From Prorocentrum cordatum (Eukaryota): a stretch of 64,000 bases of DNA. Shown one piece after another: positions 23,500-35,300 of the stretch. The stretch's first letter is position 1, and each line of letters opens with the position of its first letter. A program made the translations under genes and the position numbers. Under the pieces are notes generated by a model that searched no databases, was not told the DNA's origin, and saw only the letters and a program-made list of their open reading frames with translations. The stretch lies in the NCBI GenBank assembly GCA_963575745.1, contig CAUYUJ010000223.1, positions 1 to 64,000 of the forward strand. The letters are read 5' to 3'.

Positions 23500-24417
23500 T
23501 TACTCACAACTGCAAATGGTGCGGTCGTTTGCCCGGATAATGTATGATGCTTATTGCGTACTAGTATTTCCAATAGGCGTACTATCATTCGTATCACTGT
23601 TCTGGTTTATATACGTGTTCGTATTGCGTTGTATAACTTCGTAATATTCGCTCGGATCGTCTCATGTTTGCTGTATGTGATACTATGGATGACTGATTGT
23701 TTTGTGCGCCTGCAAAATCGTATGAGCATGGGTATTCGCGATGTTCTTTGAATTTTAATATTGTGCTTATTTCGATAAGTACTAGTCTTCGGAATATGAT
23801 CATTCGCAGTGCGATTATTCGCATATTAATACCATCATTACCAATTGTAATTATCACTGTTTGTATTCTCGGAATGTTGTGCTTCATAGTTATGCTACTG
23901 GTGACTCGGATTCGTACTCGTATTATGAAGGTCCTTGTTACTATTATTCGTGTTGCTGTATGTTTCGTGATTCAAAGATGTTTTCCGCAGTACTCGTTGT
24001 GTTCGTCATTGTTGTATCCAGGTGCTTTTATAATTAAAACGCAGTGTGACTATTCGTTAATAGTATTGTAAGTTGGATGTTGAATAATGTTAGTCTTACG
24101 TTTATTGTTCGTACTGCTCCTATTCCAAACCATCCTAAAGTGTTGGGTCCTCGTGTTGAAGGAACGGCGCCACGCGTTTCCCTCCTCCTCCTCCCGCCTC
24201 GTCCCTCCTCCCCCTCCTCCCTCCTCCTCCTCCTCTTTCTCCTACCTTTTCCTCCTCCTCCTCCTCCTCTTCATCGTCCTCCTCGTCCTTTTCCTCCTCG
24301 TCCGCCTCCTCCTCCGCCTCCGCATCCTCCTCCGCCTCCCCCCCTCCTCCTCCAATTCCACCTCCTCCTTCCGCCACCTCCTCCTCGTCCTCCTCCTCCT
24401 CCTCGTCTTCCTCCTCC

Positions 24418-24459
<42 letters not shown>

Positions 24460-24498
24460 TCCTCGTCCTCCTCCTCCTCCTCCTCCTCCTCATCCTCA

Positions 24499-24539
<41 letters not shown>

Positions 24540-25190
24540 CTCCTCCTCCTCCTCCTCCTCCTCCTCTTCCTCCTCCTCCAGTCCCAGGCCCCTGCAGGCC
24601 CATTGAGAGCGCGACCCTTTATGGGCGCCTCGCGCGCCACGGCGCCCGAGGTCGCCAGCGCGGCTTCCTCTGAGGGGAGGCACCCAGCCCGCGGGCCAAG
24701 GCGCCAAAGGGGCGACGCACTCAGAGGGAAGCGTTTTTCCTCCTCCTCCTCGTCCTCGTCCTCGTCCTCGTCCTCCTCCTCCTCCTCTTCCTCATCCTCT
24801 TCCTCCTTCTCCTCTTCCTGCTCCGCCTCTTCCTCCTCCGTATCCTCCTTCTTTTCCTCGTCCTGCTTCTCCTCCTCCTCATTATCCTCTTGTTCCTCCT
24901 CGTCCTCCGCCTCGCCATCTTCCTCCCAATCATCAACCTAGTAGTGTTATTCGCAGTGGGCACCCATGATCATTCATATTCGTATCGGTACTCGCTTCCG
25001 TAGTACGCTTCGCATCGCTGTTCTTGGTGAGGAATACTATTCGTTTGATTAACATGTTTGTTCGTTGTATTGGTATCGGCGTTACCATTGCGATTCGTAA
25101 GTGCATTAGTCGTTACGTGTGATAACTCTTAGTCATCGTCATAGTGTTATGATTGTTAGCATGCGTCGCATTCTCACTATTTTTATTAGT
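23500..25190. repeat. AT-rich low-complexity sequence and long (CCT)n tracts (24180-24580, 24738-24930)
   Basis: Directly visible; source of poly-E/R/P/L ORFs. Confidence 0.9.
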
Positions 25191-28100
25191 CCCCCAGGCC
25201 CTGGTCGCGCAGAGCCAGAAGCAAGCGGGGCGCGGCGCCACGGAGGCCACCAAGTCCAGAGCAAAGCTGGTCCGCCAGGCGGGCGGCACGCGGAGGTTTG
25301 CGGCGCATCGCCGTGAGCAGCTTGCCACGCGGCCCCTGCGCTTGCGGGCGCAGCTGCGGAGCGCGGACAGCAAGGGGCAAGCTGCAGCCATCGACTTGGC
25401 TAAGGCTGAAGCGGGTGAGACGAGGGCGGCTCGGGCGCTCGCGCGAGCGGAGGGTCTCTGCTCCGCGGCGGCCGCGGGCGAGATCGCACCCGAGAAGGAG
25501 GGCAGGGGCCATCCCGCCTTCGAGGTGCGCATCAACAGTGAGGTCTTCGAAAGTTCGAGGAGTGGGAATGCCATGGGAATGGCGGGCAGCAGCTGCGCGC
25601 ACCCAAGGAGCAGCTGCAAAGGTATCAGAAGGAGCCCGAGAGTAAGCACGCAGAGCTCCAGGCCTTCCCCTCGCGAGCGGCACAGGGCGAGAAGGAGGTC
25701 GCAGAGCGCGCGGCACAGAAGCGCAAGTGCCGCGTGGAGGTCGCCGCAGAGAGCAACGAGGCCGACACCACTGGCGACAATGACCTCCAAGGGGGCGGTC
25801 GCGCCCACGGAGGTCGAGGTCGAGGGCGACGCCAATGCGGGGCGGGAAAATGACCGCAGCCATTGCGTCTTGTTGACGCCACCTTCCAGCCGGCCGAAGA
25901 AGAAGAAGAAGCAGCGGTTGTGGCCAATTCCCCGGTGCCAAAATGAACGAAAATGACCGCGCCAACTGCCGCCCGCGTGTCTGCTGGCTGGAAGGCGGCA
26001 ACAAAAGAAAAACAATGACCGTGGTCGTTTTCCCGCCCCGAAACCAAGGTGGGCGCCGAGAAGGACGTCGAGGCCAAACTGAAGCGGGAGGCCGCCAGGC
26101 TGTCCGCGGCGCGCTTCGCCGCCGCCCAAGCCGCGGCCCGCGGAGGCCCCATCGGGGGGCCCCGCCAGCGATGGCCCTTCGGGTAGCGCCGGGGCAGCGG
26201 CGCGGGGCAACGGTGGAGCCAGCGCAGCTGCGAGCACGGCCGTCGGCGGCGACGACGGGGATGAGCTGCGACTAGGTTCCACGGGTCAGAGCCCAGAGGC
26301 GTCAGAGGTCGCCGCTACCAGCACCAATTCGGCCACGTCAGCATCGCCGCTGGCGTCAGCGGGTTCAGCGGCTCCGTCGGCTACGACACGGGTCTTCTGT
26401 GGGAAGTGACGGGCATGGGAAGTGAAGCCTGGGGTTAATTATGTTCTCAGTACAAGTCGCGCGACTATCTGGCGGCAGTGGAATCTCGCGTTCGGCCGCG
26501 TGACGCTGCTGAATGGACGGCTAAAGCTCGAGGTTATGCGCTCGGGCTGTTCGCCAGAGGAGCAAGGCCCAAAGCGGGAAAGGCCTGCGCTTCCCAGGTG
26601 GAGCGGGCCAACGAAGGAGGAGAGTGGCTTTGACAAGCAACCGCAGACCTGCTCAGGTCCGGGACGCTGCCCGAGCAGCCAAAAGACTGAGAGCAGAACG
26701 AGGAGGAATGTTTGACGGTTCCTTGCCTGGTCAGTTGCACATGAGTGGCTTCTCAATCATACTTTGTGCTGTATATGGCCATTCAGGCGTCGGCTTCGGC
26801 CAGACTAACCATGCGCGCTTCCGCAGAATAGGAAGTCCTGCCGCGCTGCAGCTGCCCTGGAAAGCAAACGGAGATTGGAATCTCTCACCGCCAGACATGT
26901 CCAGGACTGGTCGTTCGGAGAGGGTCGGGGGCGCAATGCTGCGATCCGGCGTCGAGCGCGCATGCACGCCTTCAAATAGCGAACACAAGCCGTCGCACCT
27001 TGATTATGTCATTTGTTCTGAGGCTGCAAAACCATACATTCGGAGACTCGCCGCGATTCTTGATGCCCCCTGGAGGCCCGCCATATTGGCCTCTCGCTGG
27101 AGCAGGCTGCCCATGCGATCTCAAGTTTACAGTAGATATTTGGATATCCCTGCCAGGTTGCAGTTTGTCCCCAGGCCTCCAAAGCAGCCTCTAGAGGTGC
27201 CCAAGAGCACTGTTGCAAGGGCACCGCTTGCGGTTTCGCGACATGCAGCTCGTCGGCGTAGGCATGGTAAAATTCTGGACTGGTCTCCTGTTTCAGCAAT
27301 GCAAAACGAAGTGCGTAGCAGCGGAGTTGCGTCGGCAGCGCCTCGGGCCCCTCCTAGCGAAGCTGCCGCAGGTAGCGGCGCCGCCGAGGACGACGACGCC
27401 TGGGGCTTCGAGTCGGAGGACGGCCCGTGGGCCGACGAGACCAACTTCGGTTTTCACCAGATGCCTGTCTTTGCTGCCGCCTCTTCGTTGCCTCAGTCTG
27501 ACAATCAAACTACGAGCCCTGAACCCGCGCGCCCCGAACCGAAGCCCTGGGAGTCGTCAACCTCAGCGGCGCAGGGTCAGGAAGCAGGTTCGGCTCTACA
27601 GGGGCAGCCTAGTTTAGACGGGGATGAGCATTCTTGTGAAAGCAGGGTCAAGCCTCCCATCCCACTCGCAATAGAAGAGAGTCTCTGCGTGGAACAAAGG
27701 AGCGCCATCGGTTTCGTCCCGTCGGGGGCCCGCCCCCTGATAAGGCTGTCGCCGAGTCCGTGGCCTTTCGGGTTGGCTCCAACCATTGCGATTTCATCGG
27801 CGGCATGTACGCCGCGTGGGCGCGCGCCCCCGAGCGTTCCATCGCAGCGCTTCACGTGCAGGCCCCTCTTGGGCGTTTGAGAGCGGACGCACCCAAGTTT
27901 CGCACCGATGTTGTCCTGGAGGCTACCCCAGCGCGGGTCGCAGCACTTCGCGGCGTCATTAGCGGATGGCGGACGCGAGTCCACGCAGTCACATCTCAGT
28001 TTCACTGACATCGACTTCGCCGCAACGGGGAGAAGCATCAGTCCATCCTCGCGGCCGCAGGCGCGAGCTTGCGGGAGTCAGCCCCCGAGCAAGGGCACGT

Positions 28101-31100
28101 TCCCTTCCCTCCGCTCTCGTGATGATGAGACGCTGTGTAGTGCTGTGGGACAGAGCGAAGTTGTAGCTAGGAGAAGTCGTGCACGAACGGTCAGTCAATC
28201 GATCGCTGAGTTCAGAGAGTGGATGGGTACGCAGGCGGCAGCTTCATGTCTGCACCGGGCGATCATAAAGCAGCCGTCGGCCCAGTGCGCCCTGGGGCAG
28301 GGCGACGCCACCGCCCGGCATCCCGAGGATATCCTGGACGCCAAAGGGGCGCACAGGGAAAAGCTATGGAACCCGCAGCAACACGAGTCCATCGAGGGGT
28401 TGGAAGGTCTCCTCGATCAGATCCGAGAGCGGGTGCGCGAAGAACGACTTCCTGATCTCACAAGTCATCATCTGAAAGCCACGGGCAATATGCTCAAGCC
28501 CAACGCAGCCATGGGCGTTGACAGGCTTTCGACTGTGGACCTGGATCGCCGCCACCTCACTGCCCTCGACGAGCTGGCGGTGATCTTAGACGCGCGCGTG
28601 GTGTCTCAGTGCTGGCCGCATCAGCTGCTGCTCACCATCGGCGCCTTGCTGCCCAGGAAGGTGGCGGGCGACAGGGTGATCGGCTCGTTGCCCCACATCT
28701 CGCGCATGCGGCCCAAGGCGCGGGAGCCTCGGGCGCAGACCTGGCCCGAGAGCTGCGAGGCGCCGTGGGGCGCGGTGATCAAGGGGAACGCTGCCGTCCA
28801 GCAGGCGTTCATCCGAATGGTGGACGAGGAGCTGGCGGCCCGACTGGGCATGGCACGTAGCCACGGGCTGCTGGGCATCGCCAGATTTTAAGACACTGTA
28901 GGTTGGTTGGGGCTCGGCTCGGCGGCGATCCGACTTGGGCTCCCAGCCGAGATCCTCGGCCTAGAACTGCTCGTGTGCATGGCCGCGAAGTGTCTGAGGC
29001 AATCAGGGGCATGTTCAATAGAATTCTCGCCGGCCCGTTCCATTGCACATGGGTTGAGAGCAGGCGCGAGGCTTGCGAATATTGTCACATTCCTTATAAC
29101 GCGGCGAACCACGGCCACCCACATGGGGATATCACGTAGGATTCTGGATAGATGACTCGAGTCAGGTCACACGTGGTTCGCGCAAGGCGATCACGCAGCA
29201 TGCGCCGCCGTGTCTCGTCACGACCTTCGAGCAGATGGATCAACGTGGTCTGACGATTGCCTCGGGGAGTGTTGTAGCATGTTCGTAGCTCGCGGATGCG
29301 CGGGCCGTTGCGCGGCGAGTCCGACTGAAAGTGCACCATGTGCGAGCTGCAGCACAGGCAGCATCTAGTGGAGGCGACTTCGGAGGAGGACGCGTCCACG
29401 CTCGGGCTATTCGGGCCAGTCGTGATCGGAAGCATAAGAGGATGCATCACAAAGTTGCCAGGTATGCGAGGACAGCTTGGCGTCGCTGGCTGACGGCGAA
29501 GCTCGAGCGGCAGGGCGCGCTTGCAGCTGGGGCCGATGGGCACCGGCAGCATGAGATTTTGGGGCGACGCACGCAGGCGATGAGGTCATATGCGCGTGGA
29601 GCTGTTGCCCCTCGGCTTTCTGGACGCCGCGGCACCGCCCTCCTGGGCCTACGTGCACTTGGGAAAGACCCTGCGTTGAGGATGCCACGCGATTGTTTAC
29701 AGGCATGGCTCAGGTGCTGGGCGCCTGGGCCATCCATGAGAGCAGGAGTCGATCACAAGGTCCAAGCTTGTCCAGGAGCTGCGCGCAGTCCCACTGGAGC
29801 GGAGGAGCAGGCGCATTGGATGACCTCAGCCGGCACTCATACGTTGTTTGTTGCAGGAGGGGTGGAACCCCATCGGGCCAGCCACATGGCAGTTGCCTGC
29901 CAGAGACGACGACGACAGGCGCGATGCTTGGGAGTTCGACCTCGACAAGCTGACGGGCCACCGCTCGTTGGACGTGCCAACCTCCTTCCTCCGCGAGTTC
30001 GGGGCGACGGTCCAGTCACGGCGATGGAGGGGGGCTGCGCGGCACTTCGATGGCGAGGGCATGCAGAACGGCATCTGAAACATGTCGTATCGCGCCCTAC
30101 TCCAGCACTTGCGTGACGGGCCCAACGGGGCCAAGCTGTATGGGCCCCTGCTCGCGGCAGCGGCTGGCGCGGCCTGGCCGCGCACGAGGCGTTCGGAGAG
30201 GGCGACGCAGGCCCTGTCGCTGACGCGCGCGCGCGCTGCCAGTCGGAGCCCGAGGACAGCTTTTTCATCGCTGTTGGAGGTTTTCCACTGGCAGGGCCCC
30301 GGACCCCATCTACGACATGAGTGACGAGTTGTTCGCGAAGGCCATAGCACAGCATCAAGCAGAGCCGTGCTCCTGGCTGAGGGGGCCCATCCCTGCCGAG
30401 TGGGTTCGAGCCCCGCAGCCACAGACCGATGCTGCATGGCAAGTATACGGCATAAACTCTTTCGAGCCTGGCGCCCCTGGCGGGGTGGAGAGGACAACCC
30501 AGCCTTCATGTTCGGGGACGCCAGCAGCGGCAAGGACACGCGGGATCCTCGGCTCCGACGCGTCGGAGTGGCGCTCGCGGTCTTTGATTGCCTGGACGAC
30601 GAGATGGTCATCAGCAAGGCCATCAGGGGCCATCAGGGGAGGCCTGCCAGGTGAGCGGCAGACTGTCGTTCGAGGCGAGCTGTTTTCTTTGCGCGGTGCC
30701 TGTCGCGGTGCGCCAGGACATTTCAACAACATAACAGAGAATGCCAACGTGTGCCATTCAGGCAAACCCTTCTCTCTCCTGACGGCGAGGACGGAGATCT
30801 GTGGCATGCCATTGGGGTTGAGCTTCGTCGCAGGGCGTGCATTCAATAGTGTGTGCTTTTCGTACATTCTCATCTTGAGGCCAAGGATATTGTTGCTGGC
30901 CGCGCTCCGGCCCTGTATGTAGCAGGAAAGTCATCAGCTGATCACTTAGCAGGTGTTGGAGCTGATCTGCGTGGAGCTTCTGAGTCTGATCGGGCCCGCG
31001 TAGCCCAGGTCAAGCATGTGGCGTGCCCGGTTCGGATGAGGATCCTGATCAGCACCCAGCAGGCACTCGAGGCTGAGCAGAGCTTGTCCTGTGAGGAGCC

Positions 31101-31640
31101 CCAGAGAGCCCGAGTTCGGCACCCTGGACCCAGACCTTCGGCTCCTCAAGTTTGGTCTGTTTTGTCGTCTCCGCATAGGTTGTGCGACAAAAAGAAGTGT
31201 TGTTTGCAGTGTAAAGGCTCCTCGTCACTGACGGCTCATCGAACCTGGCTGGGTTCGCCCTGTTTTTCCTCTGCCATCGGTTGACGGTGTGATTTATGAC
31301 CTCCCCCACGGGCGTCGGGTGCACATATGCGGGAGATGAGCTCATGGTAGCCAACCAGCTCAAGCATCACTCTGTGTTGGGAATCTGGTTCTGTGGTAGA
31401 TGCGGTAGCTCTGCTGCCCAGCAACCCGCCGCGTTGGGAGGTGGGTGCACGGGGATTGCCACAGACAACATATTGCAGTACCCTTGGAGAATCTCGGACG
31501 GCAAATGGCCCAAGGTTTACAGCTCACACGAGAGGGCCAGGCGAGCCAATGCTTAGTCGAGACTCTGAGGGATGTGAGCACAAACCACGTCCCTCTTGCG
31601 TTCCGTCAGTCCTCTACCGACACAATCGCAATATCCGTAA
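25190..31640 (+). mobile_element. Decayed LINE: ORF1 remnant and APE-RT-RNase H ORF2
   Basis: APE CAVYGHSG, NGDWN, HLDYVICS; RT AMGVD, LLPRKVAGDRVIG, LLGIARF; RNase H FGDASSGKDTRDPRLRRVG, LPGERQTVVRGEL, VHSH, SADHLA; C-terminal CLQC and WFCGRC. Heavily frameshifted; ends approximate. Confidence 0.85.
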
Positions 31641-31648
31641 CCCCGTAA

Positions 31649-31976
31649 CTCCTCCTCCTCCTCCTCCTCCGCCTCCTCCTCCTCCTCCCCCTCCTCCTCC
31701 TCCTCCTCCTCACCCTTCTCCTCCTCCTCCTCCGCTTCCTCCTCCGCCGCCGCCGCCGCCTCCGCCTCCTCCTCCTCCTCCTCCTCCTCCTCCTCCTCCG
31801 CCTTCTCCTCTTCCTCCTCCTCCTCCTCCTCCTCCTCCTCCTCCTCCTCCTCCGCTTCCTCCTCCTCCTCATCCTCCTCCTCGTCCTCGTCCCTCTCCTA
31901 ATCCTCCTCCTGCTCCTCCTCCTCCTCCTCGACCTCCTCCTCCTCCGCCGCCTCCTCCTCAAACTCCTACTCCTCC
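31649..31976. repeat. (CCT)n microsatellite, left half of the target of the intact LINE
   Basis: Directly visible; ends in the 19-bp duplicated sequence at 31958-31976. Confidence 0.95.
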
Positions 31977-32392
31977 ACACATGGTCCATATATCCACCTT
32001 GGCACTCGTCCGCGGTAGCACCATATATCCACAAAAATATGTACCCTGCTCCGCCAGGTCGCCGAGCAGGGAGATAGCATTCAGGTTCCCGACCTTCGTC
32101 ACATTCACGATGTCGGTGCAGTAACAGCAAAACGTGGCAACGTGTGCCTGGGGTGTTCCCACGCATTCGGGGCTTCCCCAGGACTTGCGTTCTGCCAGCA
32201 AAACATGGCAACATGGCCTGAGGTGTTCCCACGCATTCGGGGCTTCCTCGAGGTCCAATACTGCAGCGGCCGAGCCTTCCACGGCCCACTCTTTTCCCAA
32301 GGTAATATTCATGTTTGTCCACACCCTGCGTCATATTCACGAGGCTGTAGTAAGTATAAGATTATGCCATCACTCTGAGATAATGTGATGAG

Positions 32393-35300
32393 CTATCGCC
32401 CTGTGCAGATGGCTGCACAAAACTCGAAATACTTCCGTTTAGCAGACTTGTTGGAACACTTCATGCACTCGAGCTCCTGGCCAACACGTGCTGGTCGAAA
32501 GGAAAGTAGGACGTGGCATCGGTTGCCTGGTTTCTCCGCGCGTATGTTGTGCTCCAAGATAAGCTTGTCATAATCATCTGGTGTACGTTTTTGCCCACAT
32601 TGATGCGGCCCTGACGGCAGGACCCCTGGTGTGCATAGTAGTCGTGGCCATGTGCTGAAGCGACCAATCCCCGCCGTAGTGAACTTGCACTGTACGCAGA
32701 GCAGGTGCGGGTCCTGGTCACGCTTGGCTCCAGTGAGCGGGCCCAACACATGGTATCCTTGTTGACGGGCCTCTCGGTTGTGTAGAAGACGCTCCTGCTC
32801 ATCAATAAGAGCACGTCCTTGAAGTCGCTGAAATTCTCGTTCTTCATCTGCCGTCCATGTGATCACATTGCGCAACTTCTGGACAGAGACAACATTCCTG
32901 GTGTGGGTACCTCTCTCTGAAAGTGATGCCACTGATTGCATTGCTCTTGAAGAAAGGTCGCTGTCTCGAACTGTCTTGACTATGTTCTCCTTGAGGCAAG
33001 GAACGTTCCAAATCGGTTTCGGCGGCGAGCACCAGTCGGGACACGCGTCGAGGCTGCCCCTGCGGTCTGTAGAAGCAAGGGCCAGAGCGTACATCACCGT
33101 GCGCTGGCGGGCCACAAAAGACGCTCGGCACTTGAATCCTGGAGCCATGCGTAGACCCAGTGGTATCAAGGCGCTTATCTCAGCATGGGTCTCTCGTGGA
33201 GCCAGTTTGCATTTGCATAGCTGTGCCATCCTCGTAGCTGCAGTACTGAAGTATCTGGCCATGCGCACAATCTTTGCCTCGCTAGCACTCTCCTGCGGAG
33301 TGACAAGAGAGAGGCCTGTTGCAATAGTGAAATCAATGGCAAACTCGACCCAGGATACCGACATTGGCGCCCGCACCGTGTCATCGGCCTCCCATTGTAG
33401 CTGTGAGAAGTACCATGCCACTGCAGGAAATAACGCCTGTTGGTAGTGCCAAGCTCGATTGGCCACCGTATCAGGTAGTATTGGTTTGAACTTCCAGTCA
33501 TCAATATTCGGTTGAATTGGGTCCCACTGATATCCAGGAAATGCTGCCTTCGGGGTCCAATTTGTCGGGTTCGTGGTAGCTTGATCCAGTGCTAGTCCAA
33601 TGCATGCCTCCTGCGGTCTCGAGCTCGATGACGAGCTGGGTTCACCGAGGATAATAGCTGGTGGATCTGCTTCTGGAGCTGCTTTGCGTGGTAGTCGTCG
33701 CCGTGTGGCAGGCAGGGCCGTCGGTGCTGACTGAGATGGTGACGAGGAGGTCCGTTGTGGCGGTGGCTGGGGTTGCTCGTCGTCCGGGTCAATGCCCAGA
33801 TGCGCCCACGGGTCCTCCTCGTTGTCTTCATCAGGTTGTGCATGTTGTTGACCATCCAACTCAGCACGTTCCATAGCTTGGGCCTGCTCGCATCTGTCAT
33901 GATGTGAATCTCGGCCCATCTCTTTCAATTCTTTTGCTCGGTGCATGGAAATGACCGTCGCTGTGTGCTGAAGAAGGTAACATAGTTTCTGCTCCTGCCG
34001 ATGCTGCTGGCGAATGGTGTCTGGAAGGCCGTGTGACCTTGCCGCACGTACAGCTCCTGCATCTGCCTGGCGATTCATTTCCCATAGGTGGCGTTCATCT
34101 GCTGGAATATCACGCTCACGCGTGTGAGCTTTGACCTTCTGTATTCGAAATAGATCCCGTCCCTTGGCATTGAGTCCAGTCTCGATGGCCTGCCAGAGGT
34201 CGGTGTGCTGCTTAGTGTTTAGCGCCTCCCCTCGAAGAAGTGCTGAGAAGTTGCGAACGCAATAGCTGCTGTCCGTCAAGTAGACCTGTTTGCCCCAGCT
34301 CCACGCAACGAAGTGTCGAAGTGCTGCGACCTCTGCACGCTGAGCTCCCTGAGCCACGCTGCGCAGGGGTACTTCAACATTGCATGGGTGCCCTCTACCG
34401 TAGTACAATGAGTAGCCCGACCTGCGCAGACGTAAGTCTGACGCTTGGCCAGGACATGACCCGTCGCCAGCTACGACAGTGAAGTCGTCGATCTTTGTGA
34501 GAGTGTCCTCCTCGTGGTCTCCCACCTCGTACTCGCCATCAGCATGATGTGGCGGAGCATGTAGTGGAGGATCATCTGGCAGTAGTTCGCATGCGAAAGC
34601 ATCATACTCTGGCTTGTCAGGTAGCTGTCCACAGCACAAGAGGCACGTCGGTAGCGCATGAAGTTCTTCCTTCGTGTAGCTGTCCAGTAATGCTTTTCTT
34701 TGCAATTCCCATTTGGGGCAGTCCAATATGATGTGCTGCATAGTCTCGTCGAGGGCGAGGCAGAACGGGCACTTCTTGTGGGCTGGATTCTTGGTGATGT
34801 AGTGCAGCCTATGTCCAGTGATGGTGCCTCCCTGGAGATAAGCACGCAAGGAAGAAACCTGCTTGGAAGTAAGTTTAGGTACTGGTATGTCCGTAGATCC
34901 AAGAAGCAACGGAGGCTGCTCCTTCGGCTCGTCGTCCACGCCCTCGTCGTCAGGCTTGGTGGCGCGGTCAGCCTTGCGCAGGATGGACGTGGTCACGTGG
35001 TAGTTCAGGCCAACAGAGCAGCCCTTCATATCCTTACGTTCCTGCAGCTGAAGATCGGTACGCCACACAAAGCGTCGAAGATCTTCTCTCAACGTGTGCT
35101 GCCACCAGCCCATCGGGTGCTTGGTGAGGTAGATTCGTTGGTGGTTTGCCCTCTCGAAGTAGTCGAAGGCTGGCCATGTCCATTGTAGGTCCTTCAAAAC
35201 AGAGCGAATCCTGTTGATAGGTCCTGTGTCGTTGTCCTTCACGGTGAATGTTACTCGATGTTGCAAGATGTCCCAGCACTGCTTCGCACGTCGTAGTAGT

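Noticed and set aside
24077..24963. Poly-Glu/Arg/Pro/Leu ORFs (also near 1-545, 31393-32340, 50592-51695, 57203-57918)
   Set aside because: Translations of (CCT)n tracts, open in several frames on both strands.
32041..32148. Possible host exon (..TDIVNVTKVGNLNAISLLGDLAEQ) with AG|G and GT borders
   Set aside because: Inside the TSD-defined LINE 3' region and overlapping a local duplication; no recognisable protein, though a 3' transduction cannot be excluded.
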